Positions 38,823-49,474 of a DNA stretch of 64,000 bases are shown piece after piece. The DNA is from a virus (Duplodnaviria > Caudoviricetes), in IMG/VR virus record IMGVR_UViG_3300012007_000013, positions 20,435 through 84,434 of that record; one strand, written 5' to 3'. The notes under the pieces were generated by a model. That model ran no database searches, was not told where the DNA came from, and saw only the letters and a list, made by a program, of their open reading frames with translations. Made by a program: the position numbers and the translations under genes. Each line of letters begins with the position of its first letter. The first letter of the stretch is position 1.

Positions 38823-39506
38823 TTAAAACAATAATGATTGGGACAATTCTTTGTCTATTCTTGCTTTTGCGATGTCGAAATACTTTTTTTCTATCTCGCA
38901 CCCGAGAAAACGTCTTTTTTCTTGGATTGCCGCGACCGCAGTTGTGCCCGAGCCTAGAAAAGTGTCAAGTACGATGTCATTCTCGTTTGTGCTTGCCCTT
39001 ATTAATTCGCGCATCAAGTTGACTGGCTTGGTTGTCGGATGCCCTTCGTTCTTGGCAATAGGATAGCGTAGCACTGTGTTTTTGCATCTGTAATTGTAGG
39101 TTGCACCCGATTTTTTTGCGAACACACAAGTCTCTATGCCGCTGAGCCATATATGTTCGCCATTGATAGGGAGCGGGTTTGTCTTTTCCCAAACAATCAA
39201 CCGTGTCCCTGTTTTCTTGTCTCGAAAGAAACTGTTGATTTGGGAGATTTGTCCAAGTCCGCAAAAAATGTAAAAACTTCCCCTACACACACGCCACATT
39301 TCATCAAGTACAGCATTAAGGTCTATTTGTGCACCGTCAGCGTTTCCGTGGTCGAAACGTATTGTGTAACCGTGGCATTGTAAACCGTTGCTTTTCCTGT
39401 TGACTTCATTATAGGGTATGTCTGTACAGATGCAATCGACGCCGTTCTTTTCGATATTACGCATATATTCAAGGCAATCACCAAGTTCTATTGTATTGTA
39501 CTGCAT
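38823..39506 (-). CDS. beta-class DNA adenine methyltransferase
   Basis: CICTDIPY, HPTTKP, LDTFLGSGTT, GCEI. Confidence 0.85.
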   Translation of the reverse strand: MQYNTIELGDCLEYMRNIEKNGVDCICTDIPYNEVNRKSNGLQCHGYTIRFDHGNADGAQIDLNAVLDEMWRVCRGSFYIFCGLGQISQINSFFRDKKTGTRLIVWEKTNPLPINGEHIWLSGIETCVFAKKSGATYNYRCKNTVLRYPIAKNEGHPTTKPVNLMRELIRASTNENDIVLDTFLGSGTTAVAAIQEKRRFLGCEIEKKYFDIAKARIDKELSQSLLF

Positions 39507-39514
39507 AATTATTA

Positions 39515-40880
39515 TTATTTTGGTTCCGGATATTGCGAGCACACCCATTGGTAAAAACTTTCCGAGAGGAGTTCGACCTCTTCAATGGTGGTTTCGTCAC
39601 TCCATGATGTCGTGAGTTCCAAACTCTCGTCGATAATTCGCGATACAGCTGTGTGTATTTCAATACCAACGTTGTCTCGCCCCTCTTTTGGAATTCGGTC
39701 GTAATACTCTGGATGTAGAATGTTGTCATAGATACTCAGAAGTAATTGATACCCTGCCCTATCCTCATCCCATCTGTTGTCATCTCTGTGGAATGACTTT
39801 CCGATAACGTAATCTTCTCGGTGCCAATGCTGATTATACTTTTTGTAACCTCTGTCAATCAGTTGCTTTTCAAGTTTGTCGAATTGTGTTTTTTTCATTT
39901 CTCACCTCCTTTCCCTTTTGGACAATGTCTCATATAACGACACTCCATATCAAAACCAAATCTGTCCTTTTTATGCGGGCACGCTAACATATATGATGGG
40001 GCGTTATCTTTGGTGTAATTAAACCCCAATGGTTGTACTCTTACAATACTGTCTTCGCAATTGCGGCAGATTGTGATTTTCATTGGTTGCCTCCTTTCGA
40101 GAATAGTTTGTCATAGCACTTTGCACAGAAAGGAATACATGCTTCGTCAAAAATCAGGTCATCGTAACTCAGAATAAGTTTTCCGCATTGTTCACATACA
40201 GCATGAGCACCTTCCACCCTTTTCGCGAAACGCATTGCCGCGTTCCAGCCTTGATGAAAAGCAGCCATTGGGTCTGGGTATCGTTTGCGCCTTGTAATGC
40301 GCTCTATCTTTTCATAGTTTTTGTATATTACGTCGTTAGAAATATCAGATATTTTCATTTTCACATCCTCCTATTGATTTGTCGAGTTTTTTGACGAGTT
40401 TGTCGAGTAGGCACTTGACGACTTTTAAGTCTTCCTTTGTCGCGAAACGGTACTCACCCTTCTTCAATAACGAAAAATTGGGTTCGCCGTTCATATCGGC
40501 TTTGATTCGTATTTCGTAATCCTGATAGAACGTGCTCATTCTTTGCCTCCTTCCGCGTTGTGTACGAACTCTATGTTGTCATTGTTCTCGGCGGAGCAGG
40601 ACGGCTCGTTGTCTTTCTTTTCATACTCGCTTTCGTCCTTCAAATGGCGGGCTATAATGGCGAGGGCAGCGGCGTATGGAAGAACGTCGTCGACCTTTTT
40701 CATCTCTTCGAGAGCCTTTGCGTTCTTGTTTCCTTGATATACACAGATAAACAAGCAGACGGACATAAGCAGCAATCCTACGGCGTTAAACCATTTGCCA
40801 CAGGCGGCGTTAAATCCGATTGTAAAGAAGTCAAATGCAAGCACGATGCCTGCGACGATGTTGAGAGTTTTTTGTTTCAT
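39515..40880 (-). CDS. five translationally coupled small hypothetical proteins (39515-39898, 39895-40083, 40080-40364, 40345-40539, 40536-40880)
   Basis: Overlapping stop/start junctions, each with AGGAGG upstream; the last has two TM segments. Confidence 0.6.
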
Positions 40881-40975
40881 TGCTGTATTACTTTTAAATG
40901 TTAGACTTTTAATAAAACCCCGCCGCGTATGCAGAAAGTAGGACTAAAGGTTTTTTGACGGCGGGGCTAATTGGT

Positions 40976-41254
40976 TTAATATTCTTCGCTTACGAAAATT
41001 CCGCCTTGAATCCAGACCCTCTTGCCGTCGAGGTCGAAGAAAATCTGATTGTCGGAGCCGTTGTCTCTGATGTCGAACTTGCCTTCCCACGTGGCGATTG
41101 TGTCGCCGGTGTAATCCATCAGTGTGGCCGTTCTGTGGAGGCCGGAGAATTCTGATGACAGATTTTTAATGCTGCGTGAGCACCTCTCGCAGGATGCGAA
41201 TTGGATTGATGTCGCTACGATTGCGATTGCGATGATTAATTTGAACTTTTTCAT
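40976..41254 (-). CDS. small lipoprotein
   Basis: MKKFKLIIAIAIVATSIQFAS-C lipoprotein signal. Confidence 0.65.
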   Translation of the reverse strand: MKKFKLIIAIAIVATSIQFASCERCSRSIKNLSSEFSGLHRTATLMDYTGDTIATWEGKFDIRDNGSDNQIFFDLDGKRVWIQGGIFVSEEY

Positions 41255-41266
41255 TTTGAATTGGTT

Positions 41267-43195
41267 TTATTTTGTTTCTATTTTGAGAGGTTCATCCGAG
41301 CAGAAGAGGTAGAACGTTTGAACGCCGTCGAAGTGAGGCAAGTTGCCAGTAGAAAAAATCGCACTTTCGTCGATAAACACTGGCATGTTCACATTTAACT
41401 TCTCGCAGAAGAAACGCTGAATGTCTGCGGTGACGGCGATACGGCTAGCGTTGTTCGATGTAGCGAAGTTGACTCCTTCGGAGTTTTTGAGCACAATGTC
41501 CGGAACTGTGGTGCCATCTTTCTGCTGCGACCAACACTCGATGTAGGAAGATTTGAGACCGTCGTTGACTTTGTGGGATAGGATTTCCATCTGCTCCTGC
41601 TTGAAGTCCTTGACGAGTTGTCTGCGACGTTCGTACATTGCGAGTTCCGCGCCTTTTTCACGCTGCTCGGAGCGTAGATTGTCGATGTCTATTTCGAGCG
41701 ACGAGAGACGGCTTTGCAGACCTTTCTTCATATAGAGTCCTTTGAGTTTCTCCTTGATGTCGGCTGCTTTCTGCTTGAGTTCTCCGTCCTCGGGCATCTT
41801 GACTTCGGGGATGACAACGGCATCTATGTCCGCTTGGAGAATCTTTCCTTGCTCGGTGAATTCAAACGGGGCGATGTCACTTGTGCGGAGGTCGTTAAGT
41901 TTCTGCTTGAGTGGTTCGGTATCCTCAAAGACGATAGAGTTGATTTCCTCTTGCCGATTCTCGATTTCTTTGTTGATGCGGTCAATATAATCCTTAAACT
42001 CATTGCCAAATCCGATAACTTCTTTAAGTTCCTTCTTGTTCATCTCGTAGAAGTCATTCATTGACTTCTCCTGCATCTCTTGCGGTAGTTCACGACCGCA
42101 CACAGGACAAACGCTCACTCCGTCATATTTCCTTGACTTTATCGCTTCAATCCTGAAACGGATGTCATCCAGTTTTTTCTCGTGCCCATCTAGTGCTTTC
42201 TTGTCAATATCATTAGCCCTCCGCAACTCGGCGATGTGCGACTTCTTTTCGGCATTCTCTTTTTCGATGCGGGAAATCTCGGCACACAAGTTATTGTCTT
42301 GTTCAATAAGCCCCTGCATATAGGTCTTCTTCGCCTTGTCGTAGACTTCCTGCTTCATCCGCTTGTCGCCCTCTGCTTTTGCCTTTGCCTCAAGTAGCGG
42401 CTTCATACGAGCGGAATAGTCGAAAATCTTTTCCTCGATGGACTTCTGTTCACCTTCGAGAGTGTCTATCTCGTTCTGCACGGCGGTGAAGTCTGTCTGC
42501 TTGATTTCGCTGATTTCGGCTTCTTTTTGGGCAATAACGGTGGGTATCTCGTTGAGGCGTGCGTCGATGCTCTTGGAGAGGTTTTTGGATTGTTCCTCGA
42601 TTTGCTCTGGGGTCATCTTTTGCAGGAGTTCGTCGATGTCTTCATAGTCGCCTTTCATCTCGGAACGCTCGACAGTGCCGACAGTCTTTTCGATGATGGC
42701 GCGTGCTTTTTTCTTGTCAGAAAAAACAAGGTTGATGAAGTATTCGCCTGACAGAGTATATCGAAGCATATCGTCAGTGGCTATGTTATTTGATAGCCAG
42801 TCTTTATACTCCGTTGCGCCGTATGATATATTGTCAACAAAATATTCGTAGTTGTCAGATGCAGATTTAATATAGGAGTCTGTGCCCCTCTTTCGTGCGA
42901 AAGCGGCCGTTGCAGTGCGTTTCAAAGTGTATTCGTTGCCGTCAATGTCGATAATAGCCTCGACAATAGCAGTTGGAGTATCTGGCGACAACTCAACGCG
43001 ATTGTCGAAAAGGTTATAGTTGCCGACTTCGTTTGCGGAGCAGCAACCGCATATAAGCCATTGCCAAGCGGCGATGCGTGTTGATTTGCCTGCTGAATTT
43101 CGTCCTGAAAGAAAATTGGTATTTCCGTATGAGTCATTGAAATTTTGACCTCGGAAGTTTGATGCAGACAACTTTTTAATTTTTACTTGTTTCAT
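41267..43195 (-). CDS. SMC/Rad50(SbcC)-like ATPase
   Basis: Walker A GRNSAGKST, long coiled coil with central CPVC hook, Walker B VFIDE. Confidence 0.85.
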   Translation of the reverse strand: MKQVKIKKLSASNFRGQNFNDSYGNTNFLSGRNSAGKSTRIAAWQWLICGCCSANEVGNYNLFDNRVELSPDTPTAIVEAIIDIDGNEYTLKRTATAAFARKRGTDSYIKSASDNYEYFVDNISYGATEYKDWLSNNIATDDMLRYTLSGEYFINLVFSDKKKARAIIEKTVGTVERSEMKGDYEDIDELLQKMTPEQIEEQSKNLSKSIDARLNEIPTVIAQKEAEISEIKQTDFTAVQNEIDTLEGEQKSIEEKIFDYSARMKPLLEAKAKAEGDKRMKQEVYDKAKKTYMQGLIEQDNNLCAEISRIEKENAEKKSHIAELRRANDIDKKALDGHEKKLDDIRFRIEAIKSRKYDGVSVCPVCGRELPQEMQEKSMNDFYEMNKKELKEVIGFGNEFKDYIDRINKEIENRQEEINSIVFEDTEPLKQKLNDLRTSDIAPFEFTEQGKILQADIDAVVIPEVKMPEDGELKQKAADIKEKLKGLYMKKGLQSRLSSLEIDIDNLRSEQREKGAELAMYERRRQLVKDFKQEQMEILSHKVNDGLKSSYIECWSQQKDGTTVPDIVLKNSEGVNFATSNNASRIAVTADIQRFFCEKLNVNMPVFIDESAIFSTGNLPHFDGVQTFYLFCSDEPLKIETK

Positions 43196-43206
43196 AATAA
43201 AATATT

Positions 43207-44262
43207 TTAATTGTTTTCAAATAATGGTGTAAACCTCCAAATAAAACCTTTGTAGGTTTTTCTCTTTCCAAGACAGCAAGAACTTATATTATTTGCGCGA
43301 AAACCGTTTCTTTGACATTCTGTTTCACTTGGCCATATTTTAATTAATTCAAAATCTAACGAGTATTGGTAAACTTTCTTCTTCTTCTCTGAGTTCCTGT
43401 TTAATACTTTTTCTTTTATATTATTTAATTCGTTTTCATGAAGGGCTTTGAAACTCCAGATATGCCCTTTATGCTTTGTTTGCTTCCCAATGCAGCAATT
43501 AGAAATACACGCTTGCGAGAATCCAAATTTTTCAGGTTCTGCTTCGTTGTTCCATATATTAACAAGTTCCCCATCAAGTGTGTATTGATACACTTTCCTA
43601 ACCAAATGTTTGTTTAATTTAGGAATGGCCATTTTTGAAAATTCAAGCAACTCTTGTTTGCTCATTTCATAGAAACTCCAAATAAAACCTTTATGCGTGA
43701 GTCTTTCTTTTTTACAACACGCATGAACTTTGCATACTAAAAATCCTTTTTCTTTAAACTCTTTTGAATACTCCCATTTCTTTATAAACTCACCATCGAG
43801 TGAATATTGAAAGACAGGGATTGTCTTTGTCTTTGAAGTCCTTTGCGCTGATGTCCCGTACCTATTGTTTTCTGTGCTTGTAACTACTTCGAGGTTTTCT
43901 GCACAGTTATTATGTGGGTTCTCGTCTTTGTGATTTATAACAAACATTTTGTCTCCGTTACCTTTGCCCATGTATTTAAACTCAGGGAGTATTCCATTGA
44001 ATGCTTTATAAACCAATCTGTGAACAAAAATTTTCTTTGTTTTGTTGTCTTTGCACAATGTAACCCTATGGTGTTCTTTTCTAATGTCATGCCGTAAAAG
44101 CGATGGTCTGTTTGTCGAATGATAATTCAAACTTTTTACCCTACCTTTGTTGCTCACTTGATACAGCCCTTCGTACCCCACAACGTCTTTCCAGACCTCA
44201 CCGTCAAGGTCGACGATAGGTTCGTGCACTTTTTTAGACTTTCGTCCTTCCGTTTGTTTCAT
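43207..44262 (-). CDS. NUMOD4-HNH endonuclease with three NUMOD1-like repeats
   Basis: EVWKDVVGYEGLYQVSNKGR, VHRLVY, INHKDENPHNN..ENLE; three V.QY.LDG...K.W repeats. Confidence 0.88.
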   Translation of the reverse strand: MKQTEGRKSKKVHEPIVDLDGEVWKDVVGYEGLYQVSNKGRVKSLNYHSTNRPSLLRHDIRKEHHRVTLCKDNKTKKIFVHRLVYKAFNGILPEFKYMGKGNGDKMFVINHKDENPHNNCAENLEVVTSTENNRYGTSAQRTSKTKTIPVFQYSLDGEFIKKWEYSKEFKEKGFLVCKVHACCKKERLTHKGFIWSFYEMSKQELLEFSKMAIPKLNKHLVRKVYQYTLDGELVNIWNNEAEPEKFGFSQACISNCCIGKQTKHKGHIWSFKALHENELNNIKEKVLNRNSEKKKKVYQYSLDFELIKIWPSETECQRNGFRANNISSCCLGKRKTYKGFIWRFTPLFENN

Positions 44263-44399
44263 CTTGCTATTCCTTTTCTGCTATTCCATTTGTTGATTTT
44301 GAGGGTTTTGTAGGAGAGGCGGAATAGCAGTTATCCTCTCCTACGCCCTCTGAAATTTCGATGCAAAGATACGAAGATTTTTTGATTATACAAATATTT

Positions 44400-44720
44400 T
44401 TACGCCCTCCTCCAACCTATAATTTCGTACTCGCAGTCCATTCCGAGATACTCGGCGACAGCGTTTTCTACGTCCTCATCCTCGACGTAACACTCTTTCT
44501 CGAAGTCGTCGCAGGTGAGAAGTGCATCGACCGTGATTGTCGTGGTGAGTGTTGTTTCACTGTCCTCGAAAGTGATGTTTGATGTTTCATTCTTGAACTC
44601 GTCGATGATGTGTTGTCCGAGGTTGAATATTAAGACCTCAACTTCAGCGGGGACGTATTCGTCCTCGCACTCATCGTAAGGATTGGCAAGTTTCCAATCA
44701 TCATAACTGTTGTATCCCAT
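44400..44720 (-). CDS. acidic hypothetical protein
   Basis: 106 aa; promoter motif near 44752. Confidence 0.6.
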   Translation of the reverse strand: MGYNSYDDWKLANPYDECEDEYVPAEVEVLIFNLGQHIIDEFKNETSNITFEDSETTLTTTITVDALLTCDDFEKECYVEDEDVENAVAEYLGMDCEYEIIGWRRA

Positions 44721-44807
44721 AGTCCTATATGTTTTTAATTGATTTCGGTTGCAAAGATACGAACTTAATTTGATATACGCAAATTTATTTTCGCACTTTT
44801 CAATTAA

Positions 44808-45263
44808 CTACCACGTTTTCAATACTGTCGCATAGTAATTTTTAACATTTTCACGGTAGGCTTCAGGCGCTTCCCCATTCCAGATGTCCACCGCTTTGTC
44901 AATATTCAGCGTCGGATTGTGGTGTTCCATAACTGCTTTGAACATTCCGTATGAGCATCCTGCGTCGTATCGGTCGCTGTAAGAGTAAAGTTCCTCACCG
45001 AGCACTCTGTTTGCCTCTCGCACCATTATTTCAGAGATTTGAAGGCATCCTACGTACTTTCCGCAAGGCGATACGGCATCTTCTGCCATCCGCGACTCTT
45101 GCATTGCGAAAGCGTCCGCCATTGCGAAAATGGTATCTATGCGTTCTTTTGCTCTTGTTTCTTGCGGAAACGTGTCTGTAATCGCTTCTTTTCGGTTCTC
45201 GGTAGAATTGCCGCATCCGACCGTCAAAAGTGCCGCAAACGCGGCGAAAATCATTTTATTCAT
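44808..45263 (-). CDS. lipoprotein with lytic-transglycosylase (lysozyme-like) motifs
   Basis: Lipobox LTVG-C; QES...AVS...G.LQI...WNG. Confidence 0.65.
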   Translation of the reverse strand: MNKMIFAAFAALLTVGCGNSTENRKEAITDTFPQETRAKERIDTIFAMADAFAMQESRMAEDAVSPCGKYVGCLQISEIMVREANRVLGEELYSYSDRYDAGCSYGMFKAVMEHHNPTLNIDKAVDIWNGEAPEAYRENVKNYYATVLKTW

Positions 45264-47391
45264 AATTCAATCCTCTTCTTCTGATTTCTGATTTATATCC
45301 ATTAAAGGTTACTATAATTATTGTATCTTCCGTACTCTTGTATATACGCTTTTGCGCTTCGTTATACAAGGGCTCTATGTTTTTAATTGACTCTATGAGC
45401 ACATCATCAGGTATTTTGGAAATTTTTTCATCCAACGTTTTCTTAATGTCCATAATTATTCTTGTTTTAATTTGTCTAATGCCATTTGCAATGCCTTTGG
45501 AACATTTTCGTTGTACCAATCTTTAACAATCCTTCTGCAATCGTCTTTAGATTTTCCATAGAGAATGTCACTTTCTAAAAGAGTGTAATCTTCACCGTCA
45601 GAATAATGATTACCATCTTCGTCTTCTGGTATATGAAAACAACTCAAAAATATAATTGAACATATTACAGAATTGTCAGGATAATATCTTGTGTCACAGT
45701 TTATAACTTGAAAGTCAAAATCTTCTTTCCCTTGGCAGTCTTTTGTCCATACTGCGTTTTTTGTAACATCCATCTTATTCTCCTTTCATTGCGTTAATAA
45801 ACGCATTAAGATTCACGACACATTTGGTTTCACCGGTTCTTGGCTGAGTGTAGGTAACATTGGTTTTTAACCAATCACAAGCCTTTTCAATAACTGTGTC
45901 ATTATTCACTTTAAGGCCAAGTTCAAAGAAATGTTTGGCAATATCAATAGCAGATGGATATTCACCACCATTTTCGTAAGCATATCTACCCATAAAGCCT
46001 GTCAATGTTTTATCCAAGTCCACCTCTTGCACTTCAAGAGTGTTTAATTTCATCTCCAACGTGCGTAAAGCGTGTTGCCAACCATTACAGTAAGATGAAC
46101 TGTCATCCACTTTACCTTTTAATTTATTTATCTCCGCCACTACAGCGTCTTTGTCTATTAGTTCCATATTTTGCTATTTTAACAATGCTTTTAAGTCTTC
46201 AATAATTGTTTGGTTATGCTCATCAACATTGAGTAGATTGACCAAACTAAGAAGTTCTTTTTTCTCTTCTTTATATTGCTCGTCTTTCCATTTGGCCATT
46301 TCCACTAAATCTTCGTAAAGAGATTCATGTAAAGCATTAAAATTTACAACATCGTATACTTGATTAGTGTTGGATATACTTATTATTTCTCTTATTTTTT
46401 CTTCGTTTGTCATATTTTAATTGGTTCTTCTTCAAATGTTATCTTTTGTCCTGTTAAAGCTAAAATAGAATTAAATGGTAATGTTATCCCAGTATCGGGT
46501 TCAAATGAGTACCAATTTTCATCGGTGTGCCCATAGTCATCAATCCAGTCATTGTTTTCTCTCACAGGACAATGTTTGAATATTAATTCAATTCCGTCTT
46601 TGTTTACTGCCAAGTATGCCATAGTTTAATTTTTTATGTTGATTAATCCTCGTCCAATATCAAGGTCTTTTCACAAAAGCAACATAGGTTCATACACTTC
46701 GGTTTGTATATCACCTTGGGATATACCATCCGGCATGCCGCAAACGTGTTCTTTGCAAAGTACCCCGCTTCCCCTGCGTGTTCCCCTGTAATCCACTTGA
46801 AATTCGCAATCTTTCCATATATATGAGTGATTTCTATTTCCTCATATTTTAATGGTGATATTATGCTGAACTCTCTACAATCGTCCATGTAAAGTCTTGC
46901 CCTGACAAAAAGTTTTTCAAAGTCAACATTCGGCAACCTGAGTAAGCATGAACGTTCTTCGTATTGGTATCCGTTGCTACTTAATACTTTCGCATACCCT
47001 GCTTTCTCCAATATGTAACTCGCAAACTCATCTTTTGTCCATCCATACCTCTCATAGAGGTGTACTATAAAATCGTTGTTCATATCAGAAAAGTTTTAGT
47101 TGATTATAATTTTTCAAGTTCTTTCATTGACGAATCGACAATATTTTGGCAGTGCGCCTTGTATGACTCAATAAGTTCCATTGCAAAGGTGCGAGGCATA
47201 TCCGTTATTTCCAGTTTTGTTGTTACTGTATCGTGTTCTACCGCAGTTACGAAGTTTACAACCTGCAACTTTGTGTTTATGTAATCTCTTTCAAAATCGC
47301 AAGTGACTTCTTCGATGTTTTTTAGGATTCCCTTGTACTTGTTAATTGTTTCGACTAAACCTTTCGCCTCTTCAAAATTTTCGTATTTCAT
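45256..47391 (-). CDS. run of AT-rich small hypothetical proteins (45256-45519, 45456-45773, 45775-46167, 46174-46413, 46410-46622, 46643-47083, 47104-47391)
   Basis: Closely packed co-oriented ORFs. Confidence 0.55.
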
Positions 47392-47392
47392 A

Positions 47393-47479
47393 TTAGAATA
47401 ATTTTAGTTGTTGTAATTCTGTTTCTATTCTCTTTTTTGCGACCTCGTAATAGTGCGGGTCATTTTCTATTATATAATA
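47393..47479 (-). pseudogene. displaced original C-terminus of the methyltransferase at 48129..48890
   Basis: YYIIENDPHYYEVAKKRIETELQQLKLF* aligns with FICIEREEKFFNIASKRIENELQQLTLF*. Confidence 0.75.
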
Positions 47480-48125
47480 GAGGGAGAAACACTGCATCTT
47501 TTTTTGAAAATCCGTATTTTTGGAGGCGTTTTCTGATTGTTTCTGCATTTATTCCACTAATTCTACTCCACTCTGCCAATGTGTGACATATCCCGTCTAT
47601 TTCTATAATTCTATTGTTCGTTTTATTATTTGCTTGCATATATACACTTACCCATCTACAATTTAGCGGGGAATAACCATTGTTGTTATCAATTCTGTCA
47701 ATAGTAAGATTATCGTCATATCCGTTGGCAAGTGACCATTTAATAAAGTTTTTTCTCCCACACGTCCCCATCCATTCTTCTGTTACAATCACCCCTTTCC
47801 CCCCATACCTTTCGTAATTGATTGCCTTTCGATTATAGCATCTTGTAATCATATTGTCGTAAATACGATGCAATCTTTTGTACTTTTTAGGAGAATAGGG
47901 ATTTTTATCAACCATCTCTTTTCTAATTTCAGTTAATATGCAACCGCAACTTTTTGTTTTCCCTCGAATTATGTTCAGTAAATTGATGCTTTTTTCTTTC
48001 CCGCAACCACATTTGCATATAACTCTTGGCTGATGTACACCACAAGGAGAAACATAATCATCAGTTAAAGATAATATAGTTAATCTTCCAAATTTCTTAC
48101 CTATATATTCAGAATAATCTTTCAT
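47460..48125 (-). CDS. HNH-like homing endonuclease (GKKFGRL type)
   Basis: IGKKFGRLTIL, C.CGCG, TKSCGC, YERYGGKG, TIDRIDNNNGYSP.NCRW. Confidence 0.8.
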   Translation of the reverse strand: MKDYSEYIGKKFGRLTILSLTDDYVSPCGVHQPRVICKCGCGKEKSINLLNIIRGKTKSCGCILTEIRKEMVDKNPYSPKKYKRLHRIYDNMITRCYNRKAINYERYGGKGVIVTEEWMGTCGRKNFIKWSLANGYDDNLTIDRIDNNNGYSPLNCRWVSVYMQANNKTNNRIIEIDGICHTLAEWSRISGINAETIRKRLQKYGFSKKDAVFLPLLYNRK

Positions 48126-48128
48126 AAT

Positions 48129-48890
48129 TTAAAACAATGTTAATTGTTGAAGTTCATTCTCAATCCTTTTTGATGCAATGTTGAAAAATTTCTCTTCGCG
48201 TTCGATGCAGATAAAATTCCTTTTCTCCCTTATCGCCGCTATCGCAGTCGTGCCGCTGCCGCAGCAACTGTCAAGGACTGTCTCACCCTCGTTGGTGTAG
48301 GTGCGGATGAGGTATTGTAGTAATGCCACAGGCTTTTGTGTGGGATGCAGATTCTCTCCTTTGTCTTTGTTGAATTGCAAAAGTTGTTTTGGATATCCAG
48401 ATTTTGTCTGTGTGAAAGACTGGGGTTTTCGATTAGGGCGGTATGCCTTTGAGCAAGGTCTGTCGATTATTTCTTTGTGACAATCTTGCAGACCTTGAGG
48501 ATAATATTTCATTTTTAATTTTGAATTTGGAGCAATATTACCTTCACTGAAAATGCTTATCGTTTCTATGATTTTCAAAGGCATATAGGGCGCTTGTGCA
48601 AAGTTGGCAAATCTATTTTTAAGCCAATACCAATCATAACGATACCATTCTATATTGGACAAACGAAGTGTTGATGCAAAAGGTTCGTTCCCGAAAAGAG
48701 CAACGATTCCGTTTGGAACTAATAGCCGCTTATATTGTTTCCATAATTCATCTATTGGTAAAATATTGTCCCATTTACTTTCTATGTAACCATACGGTAA
48801 ATCGGTGCAAATCATATCCACGCTGCCGTCCGGAATATCCTTCATTTTTTCGAGGCAGTCAGCGTTATATATTTGATTTATTTCTAACAT
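48129..48890 (-). CDS. beta-class DNA adenine methyltransferase
   Basis: MICTDLPY, HPTQKPV, VLDSCCGSGTT. Confidence 0.88.
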   Translation of the reverse strand: MLEINQIYNADCLEKMKDIPDGSVDMICTDLPYGYIESKWDNILPIDELWKQYKRLLVPNGIVALFGNEPFASTLRLSNIEWYRYDWYWLKNRFANFAQAPYMPLKIIETISIFSEGNIAPNSKLKMKYYPQGLQDCHKEIIDRPCSKAYRPNRKPQSFTQTKSGYPKQLLQFNKDKGENLHPTQKPVALLQYLIRTYTNEGETVLDSCCGSGTTAIAAIREKRNFICIEREEKFFNIASKRIENELQQLTLF

Positions 48891-49474
48891 TTTATCTTTT
48901 TTAATTTACTTTGTTCATTTTATTTATACCATAGCACCTTTCTCCCTGCATAACCCTTTCTTTTATACGTGCGCAAGGTTTGGGTGATATATCAGATAAT
49001 CTATATCGTGAGTTATATTGTTGAGATGTCCCTGATACATTCTTTTCGTTTTTCGTTAAACCCTTTCGGTGGTCATGCAGTCGGATAGTCGTTGGTGCTT
49101 GGAACGTTGCTACCACTTGTGAAAAACGCTCAACTCAACCTCTATGCTTCCTTTTTCGCCTTTCGCGTCATCTGTCGGCGTGCCGTGTGTGGGAAGGAAA
49201 GAACACCTACTAACTTACGGCAAATAGCCCTCCAAGTGTGCCAAAAAAAATCAACCTTTGCATATTGGGAAGTCGGCAAAGGTTGTTTTCTTGGTAATTG
49301 GAAGGCTACCACCTTATATCTGTTTAGAACATCCTGCGTGACTTCCCCAAGTCGCATTGTGTTGGTCTTCTTAATCTCTTGAATGACGCTGCAAAGATAC
49401 GCACATTTCCCGAATTGGCAAAATATTTTTTCAAACTTTTTCGCATTTCGCTGATTGTCAAGAGCAATTTTTTC

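Noticed and set aside
43195-44310. N-terminal replacement of the SMC-like ATPase by the upstream HNH cassette
   Set aside because: No convincing orphaned ATPase N-terminus upstream of the HNH; only a subjective composition change at the ATPase 5' end.
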